The notes: generated from the sequence alone by a model not told the origin. A DNA stretch of 64,000 nucleotides from an uncultured delta proteobacterium (GCA_963808625.1 CAWEHK010000018.1:32001-96000), one strand, 5' to 3'. Counted from the stretch's first letter, positions 10,449-21,548 are shown. Made by a program: numbers and translations.

Positions 10449-10871
10449 TCAATCCTCGACTATGGCCTTGGATCTTCCGTGTTTCACGATGCTGCGCTGC
10501 TTTTTCTCCTCCAGGCGGCGGAGCTTCCCTGCCTTACTCACTCGTGTCTTCTTTCTTACTGGAACCTGCCTTACTGCATCCCGCAACAGTTCAACGAAAC
10601 GGTTTATAGCCAATTCCCGGTTGGCTGCCTGGCTGCGGGTCTGCTGAGATATTACTCGAAGAACCCCGTTCTTGCCCACCCGGCCCCCGAGGCGGCGCGC
10701 GATAAGTTCCTTATCCTCAAGGGAGAGGCTTGGTGAGTTGACCAAATTGAACCAGAGGGTGACTCTGCTGCTCACCTTGTTGACATTTTGGCCTCCCGGT
10801 CCGCTGCTGAGGGAGGCCGTGAACCAGAGTTCCTCCTCGGGAATAGAGATTCTGTGCGTCACTTCTATCAT
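10449..10871 (-). CDS. arfB: Alternative ribosome rescue aminoacyl-tRNA hydrolase ArfB (YaeJ)
   Basis: SSGPGGQNVNKVSS, RSQAANRE, basic C-terminal tail. Confidence 0.93.
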   Translation of the reverse strand: MIEVTHRISIPEEELWFTASLSSGPGGQNVNKVSSRVTLWFNLVNSPSLSLEDKELIARRLGGRVGKNGVLRVISQQTRSQAANRELAINRFVELLRDAVRQVPVRKKTRVSKAGKLRRLEEKKQRSIVKHGRSKAIVED

Positions 10872-11139
10872 TCTTTAGACCCCTGCACGGGAATGGCGCC
10901 GCGAGGGTTTCCTCGCGGGCGCTTTCGCTCAGACGGTTTTCTTCTCTCTCGATCCAGTAAGTTTGCTTGTGGTGTCGCGACTCGAACCGGGCCAACGCCT
11001 CGCGTGCCGCCTCTTGCTCCTCAAAGTGGGCAACGACCACGCGAATCCCGTTGTCATCCTGCCTCCACAGCTCCCAACGGGCCGGGTTATTGGTGGCTTG
11101 CGCTTCCCCAGACTCGCAAACCTCTCGAATATCCTCCAC
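10717..11139 (-). CDS. Small conserved protein (WELWRQDDNG...HKQTYWIE family); true 3' end uncertain because the ORF runs into arfB
   Basis: Recognisable WELWRQDDNG-x-FE-x-HKQTYW motif; AGGAAGG before GTG. Confidence 0.5.
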   Translation of the reverse strand: MEDIREVCESGEAQATNNPARWELWRQDDNGIRVVVAHFEEQEAAREALARFESRHHKQTYWIEREENRLSESAREETLAAPFPCRGLKNDRSDAQNLYSRGGTLVHGLPQQRTGRPKCQQGEQQSHPLVQFGQLTKPLP

Positions 11140-11537
11140 TTTCTTTCCTTCCTGTAAAGGTTGCACCGGTTCTAATTATACCTCTCGGAGGGCATCCAAA
11201 AACCCTTAACAGACACCTTTGTGCTGATTGCCGCGATCCGCCACGATTCAGGCAAAGTCCGAGATCGTCATTCCCGAAGGCTTCAGGCGGGGAGCATGCG
11301 GAGGTAACGACCTGAGGGCTTTCTTGGACATGCGCTCAAACAACATTAGTTTGGCATATTTTTGCTTTGATCTGAAGCTCTGTCTTGGTAATAGAAGCGA
11401 GTTCATCTAAGATTTCATCGAAGCCAGATGCTTCGTATTTCGTAGGTTGTTTTTCCCAATGGTTTCCGGATCACTGACCGGGTTTCTGGCAGAGATGGCT
11501 CGCAGGTACTCGAACTCAGCATCCCAATGGGGACTGC

Positions 11538-11681
11538 TAAGTACGGCCCTGCATAAATGAGTGTCCGAGGCAGTTCGTCATAACGGCGGAAGCCGATATC
11601 CAGGCAATTTTTCTGGATTCCGGTTTTCACCGGAATGACGCGTCCGGTATATGGTCACTTTATTGTGCAAGCCTGTACTAA
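11538..11681. mobile_element. MITE-like element copy 3
   Basis: GTACGGCCCTGCATAAATGAGTGTCC ... GGTCACTTTATTGTGCAAGCCTGTAC around CGTCATAACGG...CCGGAATGACG. Confidence 0.65.
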
Positions 11682-11693
11682 GGGGGTGGATTG

Positions 11694-13863
11694 ATGCGAT
11701 TTTTCCCAAAGCTGTTGCTTTTGCTTACGGCTATTGCCATTGTCCCCCTCTCCGCGGTAACGATTTATGAATGGATGGCCACGCAGCGCCTCAGTTCCGA
11801 CATTTCCGAACACGCGGGCGCCTTGCTTACCAGAGAAGCGACAGCGATGCTCGAACAAGCGGTTGAGACCTACGCCAGGCTGGTGAGGGAGCAGGCGCGT
11901 ACGCTGGAGATGATCGTCACCATGCAGGCCAGGGAAATGGAACGGCTGCTTGCGCAGGAACCTGCCGCATTACCCGAGGTATATTTTTCTGAAGCTTACG
12001 ACGAGGGCGTCGTCCCAGGTCTGATCACAGCCCCGCCGCGATATGACAGAATGGGAGATGACGGCAGTGTCATCCCGGGCCGCATTTCTCTGGAACATGC
12101 GGAGCTCAAGCTGGCGCCGCACGTTGACCGCGAAACGGTTGCCGGGGACATTGCCCGCCTCGCGAAGATGGCTGCTATCTATCGCACTTTCTACGAAAAG
12201 CACCCGAATATCCTGGTATTTCTCTATACCGCTACGGAAAGTGGTGCGTTCTCATCCTATCCCGGTATGGGAGGATTTCCGGAAGACTATGATCCCCGCC
12301 TGACCCACTGGTACAGGAGAGCCAAAGATGAGGAAGGACTGGTCTGGAACCCCCCTGCCGTCGATGCCGCCGGCATGGGGGTCTTAGCCGGCGTGAGCAT
12401 GCCCGTACGCTGGCCTGATGGTTCTTTGGCCGGCATCACCGCAATCGATGTACCCAATATTCAAGAGCTCCCATCGACCTTACCGAATGCGCCATGGGCC
12501 ACCAATCTGCAGGTCTTTCTTACGCATGTGGACCCACGTCAGGACCCGAACGAGCCGAAATTGCTGATAACCAGCGTAAAGGACTACCACAAGGAGCTCA
12601 AAGACTGGCGAACCCCGCTCCAGGAGACATGGCTCGCATCCGAGGATCAGCAAGACCTACCGCCGGATGGTCCATGGCATCCAGGAAGGCAAGTCGGGTG
12701 CTGTAAGAATGCCCTACGAGGGCCGCGACTCACTCTGGGCTTACGGGCTGATCGACAAAGGTGCCGCAGCTTTGGTCTTCATCGTCCCCATGGAAAACGT
12801 CGTTGCCAACGCCAGGGAGATGGGCGAGTTCATCTTCAACGAAGAGTACCGCGAACTGGCTGTTATCGGCACCATTGCGCTTATGGCCGTCGCTGCCGTG
12901 GTGCTGTTTTCCTTTGTGGGGTCGCGCTCCATCGCGAATCCTTTGCGGGCATTGGCAAAAGCCACCAACGAGATCGCGGCAGGGAATCTTGATGCCCGGG
13001 TCCCTGAGGTTTCTTCCCACGACGAGGTCGGCGATCTCACCCACGCCGTGGCTTCCATGCAGGGAGATTTGAGGAAATTCATCGCCGACCTCACGGAAGC
13101 TGCGGGGGCGAGGGAGCGGATCGAGAGCGAACTGAGAATTGCTCGTGAAATCCAGATGAGCTTTTTGCCCAGGGTGTTTCCTCAGTCGCCTCGCGGGAAC
13201 GAGTTTCAAGTTTTTGCCGCGATTCAGCCCGCCCGCGAAGTCGGCGGGGACCTCTACGACGTTTTCCTGATTGACGACAGCAGCCTCTTCTTTGCCATCG
13301 GTGACGTTTCCGGCAAAGGGATACCCGCAGCGCTCTTCATGGCCAAGACGAAGACGATGCTGAAAGGCATTACGCGCGAGCATCGCGTCCCCCACAAGAT
13401 CCTCACAACCATGAACACAGAACTTGCAGAGGGCAATGACACCTGTATGTTCGTAACGTTTTTCTGTGGCATATTGAATACCGGCACGGGGGAAGTCCTG
13501 TTCTGCAATGCCGGACATAATCCACCGGTAGTGCTCCGGAAGCAGGAAGACGCGACGTTCCTGTGCCCCGAGAAGACCTTGATGCTGGGGGTTTTTGAGG
13601 ACGCCAAATACTATACGGAAAGGATTTTGTTGGGCCCTGGTGACGGTCTCTTCCTCTATACCGACGGCGTCACGGAGGCAACCAACGAGACCAATGAATT
13701 CTACTCCTCCGCGCGATTGCAGAAGGACCTCTCCTCGTTTCGCGGACTTTCACCCGACGAGACGGTTGCCGCTCTCACCAATGAGCTCCGCTCCTTTTGC
13801 GGCCCGACCCCGCAGGCAGACGACATCACCATGCTCATGGTCCGTTTCACCGGCATTGGTTAG
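11694..13863 (+). CDS. Membrane Cache-HAMP-SpoIIE (PP2C, RsbU-like) phosphatase; frameshift near 12660
   Basis: TM, YDPRLTHWY Cache motif, HAMP (DEVGDL), VGGDLYD, GDVSGKG, NAGHNPP, YTDGVTEA, DDITML. Confidence 0.88.
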
Positions 13864-13926
13864 CAGCTTGTTCGAGAAGTAAGGACTCATTGACTCATTG
13901 ACATATTTGCGTTGACCGGAGAAGTT

Positions 13927-14316
13927 ATGGGAACACCTCGCCGATTCAGAAAGAAGGCCGATCGCTCTGTTGTGGCCGTTCCGTTAGCTCTCGACACTGA
14001 GGGGTTCACCTACAGGAAGTGGGGGGCCTCACAGCAGTGCAAACCGGGAGACTGGCTTGTCGACAACGAAGGGGATATCTACACCGTGGACGGGGCCGTA
14101 TTTGCGAAGACATATCGCAGGGTGAGCCCCGGCATCTACGTCAAGGCCACGCCGGTGTGGGCCGAGGTCGCGAGCAAACCGGGGAGTGTGGCAACCAAAG
14201 AAGGGGAATCCCACTACGAGGCGGGCGATTACCTCGTCTCCAACAACGAAGACGGCACGGATGCCTATTGCGTCAGCCGCACGAAGTTCGAGTCGATATA
14301 CGAACCAGACGAGTAG
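13927..14316 (+). CDS. PGDYG-like protein with an internal tandem duplication
   Basis: Two units PGDWLV..YTV..FAKTY and AGDYLV..YCV..FESIY; N-terminal RFRKK. Confidence 0.7.
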   Translation: MGTPRRFRKKADRSVVAVPLALDTEGFTYRKWGASQQCKPGDWLVDNEGDIYTVDGAVFAKTYRRVSPGIYVKATPVWAEVASKPGSVATKEGESHYEAGDYLVSNNEDGTDAYCVSRTKFESIYEPDE

Positions 14317-14335
14317 CAAAACAGTGGAGCAAGCC

Positions 14336-17300
14336 ATGTTTCCCATGGAATTTGACAGTCGCATCCTGGCCACTTTGCCGCTTCCCGGCGACGAACGGAT
14401 CAAGAATGTCATCCAGTTGCTCAGGGCGATTGTGGTCCGGCGTGTGCTCCCCTATTTCAGGAGCAAAAGGGGGACGGACCCTTTGCGGCTCGGTCATGTC
14501 CCGGATCACCTCACCATCACCCGCCTGGAAGATGAAAACAACCGGATCAGAATCGTCAGCATCATCTCGGCTGCAGATCATGACTGGAACCTAAAGATCC
14601 ACGAACGCATCTTTGATTTCCTCTCCTTTGTCCTCCCCACCGACCCCGAGGCCAGGCTCGGCGAGGGCACGCGCGAAGTACAGAAAATGCTGGCTTTCAC
14701 CGAATTCCTCCTGCGCCACCAGGTCGAACACATGCTCTATCCCGAACGGAAGGAACGGGAAGTCATTCAGGCTGACCTGGCTTTCGCGCAGGACCGCCGC
14801 ACGAGTGATCCCACTTTTTACCGCATGCTGCGCTACGCCTTATCCGACGAAATGAACGGGCTCCGGGGGGGACCGTATGTCGCCTTGTTCGATGCCTCGG
14901 AAAGAACGCTCCCCCTTGACCCTCTCATCGGGGACATTTTCAACACCCTGCCCGCGGTTCTCGGAGAATTCCCCGACAGCTTGCTCCAGGAAGTCTTTCC
15001 GGATCTGGATGCAGAGATCAAGGGCCGAGTTCTGGGCGAAATCTATCGCAAGAGTCGCGACGCTTCATGTTCTCTGCTGCAACGCACTCACGATCTCAGG
15101 CTGACACTCAACCTTTTTGCTCTGCTGACAAGAAGGAGCGAAAAAGAAGCCGTGGAGGTCTTCCGCTCCTTCATGGACCGCTGGGGGCTGGTAGACCTGC
15201 TGAAGGAGCTCGACCTTCCGGAAACAACCGTCGATGCCGAAACCCAGGAAGAGCTCCTCCACCGCTTCACCACGGCCCTTTACGCTCATCTCGAGGAGGC
15301 CTCGACAGAACCGCTGATGCGCCCTCCAAAGGCGACACCGGCGGCGCCCTCAAGGCCGGCCGAAGCGCCGGCAAAAACCCTGATGGAGCGCGTCGAGGAA
15401 GCCCGCAACAATCCGGCCGTCCCCCGGCAGGTCATCGAAGCCATCGACAAGAACAAGCAAAACGCCATCGGCCACAGCGGCTCGAAATACAGCGAACTGA
15501 TCGAAACCCTGCTCGCCATTCCCTGGGGAAGAATCCATAAAATCCAGGTGACTCCGGAGGCCTTCGAAGCGGGCCTGAACCGCTCCCACTATGGCATCCA
15601 AACGCCGAAGGAAATCCTTTGCGACTTCTTCTCCAACCTTATCTGGCGCTACCGCCGTTTTACCGAGGATCAGGCCGCGTCCTGGCGCAGGACCGGGAGT
15701 GCCTTTTTGCTCGTTGGCCCGCCGGGGGTCGGCAAGACCTCCCTTGCCATCTCGATTGCGCAGAATCTTGGCATTCCCTACCACAAAATCTCCCTCGGCG
15801 GCATGCGCGACGAAGCGGACATGCGCGGCCACGGTTTCACCTACGAAGGGTCCAAGCCGGGGGCCATCGTCCAGGGACTGATCAAGATGCAGACCATGAA
15901 TGGCATGTTCATCCTGGACGAAGCCGATAAGACCGAGAAATTTGCCATTGCGACCTTGCTGGAAATCCTCGACCCGGAACAGAATCACCTGTTTCACGAC
16001 AAGTACACGGAAACGACCGTCGACATCGATCTGTCCAACTGCCATTTCTTCCTCACGGCGAACACCCTCGAGGGCGTGCCCCCGGTCGTGGTGAACCGCT
16101 GCGAAGTGATTGTCCTGAGCCAATACAGTGTCGAGGAAAAAGTCGTCATTGCCCGCGAGCACCTGATCAAACGGCTGCGGAGCCAATACCAGATCACCGA
16201 GGAGGCCATTGCTTTTGATCCGGAAGAGGAGGCTGACCTGCTCCGCTATCTCATCCGCATTTACACCTATGAGGCGGGAGTAAGGGAGCTGGAGCGCATC
16301 ATCCGGACCCTCTTTCTGCGCATCCAGCGCAAGGAACTCTTGGACCGGGAGAATCAGTCCATCCGGATCACTCGTGAGCGGATCAAGCAATACCTCAAGG
16401 AACCCACCCGCCCGCGGCAGATCAATCCCGAAGATGCCGTCGGCGAAATGCTGGGGCTGGGAGTCGATGTGGAACGGGGCATCGGGTCGATTATTCCCAT
16501 CCAGGCCACCCAAATGGGGGCAGGCGCGACAGAAGGAGACGCGCCTCGGGGGTTTTTGAGCGTCATTCATGCCACGGGAAACATCGAAAAGGTCATGGAC
16601 GAGAGCCGCAAAGTCGCCACCACCGGGATTTTCAGTTGCGCCGCGGAACTGGGGATTGCCGGGAAGGCCGGGACCGAACCCATTCACCTGCACTTTATGG
16701 GCGGTTCGACGCGCAAGGACGGACCCTCTGCCGGAGGCGCCATTGCCCTGGCCCTGGCGTCGCTGCTTTCCGGGCGGAAGATTCGCAGGGATGTGGCCAT
16801 GACCGGGGAGATCGACACCAAGGGCCGCATTACCCTCGTGGGAGGGCTGTCCTTGAAGATCGAGACGGCCTTCAACGCCGGGTGCCGGACGATGATCATC
16901 CCCAGGGAAAACCTTTCCGGCGAAGGCGGGATCGAGCGCCTGCCGGAAGCCCTGAAGGAAGAGCTCCAGGTGCTGACCTATGAGGAATGGCGCGGCGCGC
17001 ACCCGCCCTTCGACTATTCCCGGCATATTCTGGAGGTGGTCGCCGTCGACAACATCGTCCAGGCCGCCGGGGTTGCGTTCATCGACGATTCGGAACTGGA
17101 TGCGCTCGAGGTTTGTTTTGAATCCCATGCCCGCGAAGTGGCTCACATGCTTGTGCAGGAGTCTTCCCGACTCGCCCGCGGGTTGCCGGTCCTCCAGGTG
17201 AAGACCCCGGAGGAAATCGACCCGGCAATGATTGATGCCGCTTCTGGTGAAATGTCGGCGGGCCTTCATCTGTTGGTCCTGCCGGAAGTGCGTGAGGCCG

Positions 17301-17788
17301 TCCTGGCCAGCTTGGGAGCTCGGCAGGAACGCTTTGGGATCAGTGATTTTGATCCGAAGCAGCAGAAGCTTTCCGAGGTCCTTCCAGGAATCCTGGGACC
17401 GTCTCCTGGAGAGCTTCCCTCGCCGGTTCACCTCGGCCTGATTGCCCCCTATTTTCTCCTCAAGCGGGACGGCATTAGCAGTGAAGCGTTCCCCAGCGTT
17501 CCCGGTCTTGCCGGTATAAGCCTTTTCGCAAACAACTACGCGGCACAGGAAGTCAAGATAAAACGCTGCAAACTCCTCCTCAACCAGGTTTGTTCCATTC
17601 TGGCGCTGCTGCCACCGGCAGCACTCGCCGCCTGCCCCTTCCTGACCAGGCGCGACGGCATCTACGTTGCCGATCTTTCCTTCATCCCGGAAAAATATCG
17701 CCTGGACGTGCACCGTGCCGAAAGAATCCTCAATCGCGCCCTCGCCCACTGGCTTGAAACGATCAAGCGGTTCGCGCGCGGGGGCTAA
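14336..17788 (+). CDS. Atypical Lon-family (S16) AAA+ protease with non-canonical N- and C-terminal extensions
   Basis: Walker A GPPGVGKT, SLGGMRDEAD-RGH, Walker B FILDEADK, LLEILDPEQN, EAGVRELER, catalytic KDGPSAG and GGLSLK. Confidence 0.88.
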   Translation: MFPMEFDSRILATLPLPGDERIKNVIQLLRAIVVRRVLPYFRSKRGTDPLRLGHVPDHLTITRLEDENNRIRIVSIISAADHDWNLKIHERIFDFLSFVLPTDPEARLGEGTREVQKMLAFTEFLLRHQVEHMLYPERKEREVIQADLAFAQDRRTSDPTFYRMLRYALSDEMNGLRGGPYVALFDASERTLPLDPLIGDIFNTLPAVLGEFPDSLLQEVFPDLDAEIKGRVLGEIYRKSRDASCSLLQRTHDLRLTLNLFALLTRRSEKEAVEVFRSFMDRWGLVDLLKELDLPETTVDAETQEELLHRFTTALYAHLEEASTEPLMRPPKATPAAPSRPAEAPAKTLMERVEEARNNPAVPRQVIEAIDKNKQNAIGHSGSKYSELIETLLAIPWGRIHKIQVTPEAFEAGLNRSHYGIQTPKEILCDFFSNLIWRYRRFTEDQAASWRRTGSAFLLVGPPGVGKTSLAISIAQNLGIPYHKISLGGMRDEADMRGHGFTYEGSKPGAIVQGLIKMQTMNGMFILDEADKTEKFAIATLLEILDPEQNHLFHDKYTETTVDIDLSNCHFFLTANTLEGVPPVVVNRCEVIVLSQYSVEEKVVIAREHLIKRLRSQYQITEEAIAFDPEEEADLLRYLIRIYTYEAGVRELERIIRTLFLRIQRKELLDRENQSIRITRERIKQYLKEPTRPRQINPEDAVGEMLGLGVDVERGIGSIIPIQATQMGAGATEGDAPRGFLSVIHATGNIEKVMDESRKVATTGIFSCAAELGIAGKAGTEPIHLHFMGGSTRKDGPSAGGAIALALASLLSGRKIRRDVAMTGEIDTKGRITLVGGLSLKIETAFNAGCRTMIIPRENLSGEGGIERLPEALKEELQVLTYEEWRGAHPPFDYSRHILEVVAVDNIVQAAGVAFIDDSELDALEVCFESHAREVAHMLVQESSRLARGLPVLQVKTPEEIDPAMIDAASGEMSAGLHLLVLPEVREAVLASLGARQERFGISDFDPKQQKLSEVLPGILGPSPGELPSPVHLGLIAPYFLLKRDGISSEAFPSVPGLAGISLFANNYAAQEVKIKRCKLLLNQVCSILALLPPAALAACPFLTRRDGIYVADLSFIPEKYRLDVHRAERILNRALAHWLETIKRFARGG

Positions 17789-18159
17789 GAATACCCATGA
17801 TGCGCACCGGTCATGTCTGAACACCTTTTCTGGTTGACAACGCAAACTCACCTCCATTAGGCTTGCGCTGCGCAGGGAAGAATTTTGTGGTGGTAGCTCG
17901 ATCGCTATTCTTCGCAGGCGGGCAAATCAGAGCTGTGTAACACTTAAAGGCGCAACCCATCTGCTATCGTCAGTTTCCGCGCCTCATTTCTCATCATCCG
18001 CATCCGCTAAAAAAACTTCTGTTTGGTTCGATATTCGCTCTTAAGCCATTATTGCGGAGAAGGGGGTGACAAGGGTCGAATGTAACTGGTTAGTATCATT
18101 ATTAAAAATGAAGATAGGCGAGTGTGGTTAACCAGTGAGATGACAACGGGAGGTCCAAG

Positions 18160-19926
18160 ATGCCCTACGATGCAACAAAACTGAAGGATTGGCAAATTTC
18201 CGAAGAAGCTGAAAAGAACATGCCCACGCCGTGGGAATGGCAAGAGAAGCTGGGGTTGAAAAAGGATGAAATTCTGCCCATGGGGCGGCTCTGCAAATTG
18301 GATTTCCTCAAGATCATGGAGCGTCTCAAGGATCGGCCCGATGGCAAGTATATCGAGGTGACCGCCATTACACCTACGCCCCTTGGGCGAGGGCAAGAGC
18401 ACCACTTCCTGCGGCCTTATGGAAGGCCTGGGGATGCGCGGAGTCAATGTCGGCGGGTGCTTGCGGCAGCCGTCGGGCGGGCCGACGATGAATGTCAAGG
18501 GAACCGCAGCCGGTGGCGGCAATTCGCTCCTGATCCCGATGACCGAATTCTCCATGGGGCTCACGGGCGACATCAACGACATCATGAATGCTCACAATCT
18601 GGCCATGGTGGCCCTGACCGCCCGGATGCAGCACGAGCGGAACTACAACGACGAACAACTGCAGCGGCTCACCAGGATGCGCCGCCTGGACATCGATCCC
18701 ACCCGGGTGGAAATGGGCTGGATCATGGATTTCTGTGCCCAGTCCCTGCGCAATATCGTCATCGGCATGGGCGGCCGGATGGACGGCTACATGATGCAAT
18801 CCAAGTTCGGGATTGCGGTCAGCTCCGAGCTGATGGCGACTCTCTCCATCGTCAGAGACCTGGCTGATCTTAAAGAGCGCTTGAACAACATCACGGTGGC
18901 TTTTGACAAGCGCGGCAATCCCGTAACCACAGGCGATCTGGAAGTGGGAAATGCCATGACCGCCTGGATGCGCAACACCATCAATCCCACCCTCATGTGC
19001 ACCGCCGAGTATCAGCCGTGCATGGTTCACGCCGGTCCTTTTGCCAATATCGCCGTCGGCCAGTCCTCCATCATCGCCGACCGGATCGGCCTCAAGATGT
19101 TCGATTATCATGTTACCGAGAGCGGTTTTGCCGCCGATATCGGCTTCGAGAAATTCTGGAACGTGAAGTGCCGCTACAGCGGTCTGAAGCCGCATGTTTC
19201 CGTACTGACCACAACGATTCGCGCCCTCAAGATGCATGGCGGCGGGCCGAAGGTCGTCGCCGGCATTGCCTCTGCCGGACGCCTACACCAAAGAAGACCT
19301 GGCGATTGCTGGAAAAGGGCATTCCCAACATGGTGCACCACATCAACACGATCCGGAAAGCCGGGATCAACCCGGTCGTTTGCATCAACGCCTTCCATAC
19401 CGATACCAAGGACGAGATTGCTCTGGTGCGCAAGTATGCCGAGGCCGCCGGGGCTCGTTGCGCCGCGTCCGAACACTGGGCCAAAGGCGGCGAAGGGGCC
19501 CTGGAATTTGCCGATGCGGTGATGGATGCCTGCAACGAAGAAAACGATTTCAAGTTCCTTTATCCCGTGGAAATGAAGCTGAGAGACCGGGTGGCAACGG
19601 TCGCCAGGGAAGTCTACGGCGCCGACGGCGTGGCCTGGACTCCCGAAGCCGAAGCCAAGGCCAAAATGCTCGAAGGCGATCCCAAGTATGATGACTATAC
19701 GACGATGATGGTGAAGACCCATCTCAGTCTCACCCATGACCCGACCGTCAAAGGCGTGCCCAAGGGCTGGGTCCTTCCCATCCGGGACGTGCTGATCTAC
19801 TCCGGCGCCAAGTTCCTTTGTCCCTGCGCCGGCGCCATCAGCCTGATGCCCGGGACCTCTTCCGACCCGGCCTTCCGCCGCGTGGATGTGGATGTCAAGA
19901 CCGGCAAAGTGATGGGGCTGTTTTAA
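18160..19926 (+). CDS. fhs: Formate--tetrahydrofolate ligase (three 1-nt frameshifts near 18385, 19270, 19305)
   Basis: [64 protein letters not shown]. Confidence 0.93.
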
Positions 19927-19929
19927 AGA

Positions 19930-19980
19930 AGTGATGAGTGATGAGTGATGAGTAAAGAGTGATGAGTTGAGTAAAGAGTG
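19930..19980 (+). repeat. Heptamer tandem repeat (AGTGATG)n, degenerate
   Basis: AGTGATG x3 followed by AGTAAAG, AGTGATG variants between fhs and folD. Confidence 0.75.
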
Positions 19981-20049
19981 AAAAGGATGAGCGTGGAGTG
20001 AACCAAGGCGGGGCAGACGATGCCCTGCCTTTATTGGGGAGGGATGAAG

Positions 20050-20941
20050 ATGCCGGCCAAGTTGCTCAAAGGGGCCGATGTGGCCAAGGAAATCCGGGCG
20101 GAACTCAAGACGGAAGTCGAGAACCTGCAGGCTAAATACGGGGTGGTACCGGGCCTGGTGACGATTCTCGTGGGGGAAAATCCTGCCTCCCAGAGCTATG
20201 TGAGAGGGAAGCAGAAGACCGCCCATGAATTGGGGTTCTATTCCATTCAGGACAATCAGCCCGCTGACTTGAGCGAAGAAAAACTGCTTGCAGCTTGTCG
20301 ATCAGTACAACAAGGACCCCAAGATCCATGGCATTCTGGTGCAGCTGCCGCTGCCCAAGCATATCAATGAAAACCGCGTCCTGCTCGCCATTGACCCGAG
20401 CAAAGACGTGGATGCTTTTCATCCGGTCAATGTCGGAAAGCTCTTGATCGGTGAGCCCGACTACCTGCCTTGCACCCCGGCGGGGATTCAGGAGCTGCTC
20501 GTCCGTTCCGGGACCGAGATTTCCGGCGCCGAAGTGGTGGTCGTCGGCCGTTCCAACATCGTGGGAAAGCCGATCGCCGCCATGCTCATGCAAAAGGCCA
20601 AGGGCGCCAATGCCACGGTCACCGTATGTCACACCCGCACGAAGGATGTGAAGTTCCATACCACCCGTGCTGACATCCTGATTGTGGCCGCCGGAGTGAA
20701 GGAATATGTCACGGGCGACATGGTCAAACCGGGCGCCGTTGTGATCGATGTGGGCGTCAACGACGTGGGAGTGACCGCAGACGGCAAGAGGATCCTCAAG
20801 GGTGATGTGGCCTTTGATCAGGCGGTGGAAATTGCCAGCGCCATCACGCCGGTGCCCGGGGGAGTCGGCCCCATGACCATCACCATGCTCATGAAGAACA
20901 CGGTCCGGGCCTGTAAGGTGCACAATAACATCAAAGATTAA
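20050..20941 (+). CDS. folD: Bifunctional methylene-THF dehydrogenase/cyclohydrolase (frameshift near 20290)
   Basis: PGLVTILVGENPAS, HGILVQLPLP, KDVDAFHP, PCTPAG, GRSNIVGKP, ITPVPGGVGPMT. Confidence 0.95.
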
Positions 20942-20972
20942 CCCCGGCCCAATTTCAGATCCTCTACCAACC

Positions 20973-21006
20973 GGCCCGCAGATGCTCGTTTCATCATCTG
21001 CGGGTC
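20973..21006 (+). terminator. Stem-loop after folD
   Basis: GGCCCGCAGATG-loop-CATCTGCGGGTC; no immediate U-tract. Confidence 0.45.
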
Positions 21007-21548
21007 AATCACTCGTTGCGCCACAAGCCTTTTTATAAAAGATTCCCAATGGTTGACCTGACTGTGGGAATACTGCCGATCTTCCGTGTAAGCCGATGAT
21101 AAGATTGTGAAACTTTTTATGTGGCCACGGTCCGGGTTTTATGGTTTAATTTTTTGTTGAGAGAAATGAGCTTCCCTCTTTAGGGCGTTCTTGATCACGC
21201 GATTTTATTGCTGGCAATACCATTCCTCGCGCATTGCTCTTCCTGACAAGCTCCTGCTAATCAATCAGCACCCCCTCAATGACGGTTGCATCGCACCACC
21301 GACAGCGTGGCCATCGTTTCTCGGAACAGTTATTAACCTCCCCTCTGTGGTCCAGGGAGTTTGGATTATCTCAAGGGCAGTTTGTTTTTTTTACGTACCG
21401 GTTAAATTTACAGGGCTTTTTGCAGGTGCATGAAACCCGTTGTCCGGGTTTGTGGTTCGAAGGTGCGAAGATGCCGGGGCGACGGGTTTGAATATTTGGA
21501 GCAAGCTTCATCATTGGTTTCGAAATCGTCAAAATAGGAGGCTGGGGT

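Larger units (their letters stand above)
7225..10789. mobile_element. Putative integrated island in arfB (no integrase seen)
   Basis: Bounded by 16-bp direct repeat ACCTTGTT(A/G)ACATTTT (7209-7224 and 10774-10789); visibly AT-richer; TA and protease cargo. Confidence 0.55.

Noticed and set aside
15350..17857. 835-aa antisense ORF (also 30806-32848, 38239-39915, 61168-62634 and similar)
   Set aside because: Shadows of well-supported GC-rich genes on the opposite strand; no recognisable motifs
17830..18150. ZTP (pfl) or THF riboswitch upstream of fhs-folD
   Set aside because: Conserved motifs not found by eye
19930..19980. TRAP-binding (G/U)AG array
   Set aside because: GAG triplets are spaced mostly by 4 nt rather than the 2 nt typical for TRAP sites
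18160..20941. Programmed frameshifting or true pseudogenisation of fhs/folD
   Set aside because: No consistent slippery sites; the same 1-nt indel pattern affects many unrelated genes
21105..21122. Rex-like box TTGTGAAACTTTTTATGT upstream of tmcC (and TTGAAAAAATATTCACAT near 39985)
   Set aside because: Only one half-site matches the TTGTGAA-N4-TTCACAA palindrome; too weak without a profile search
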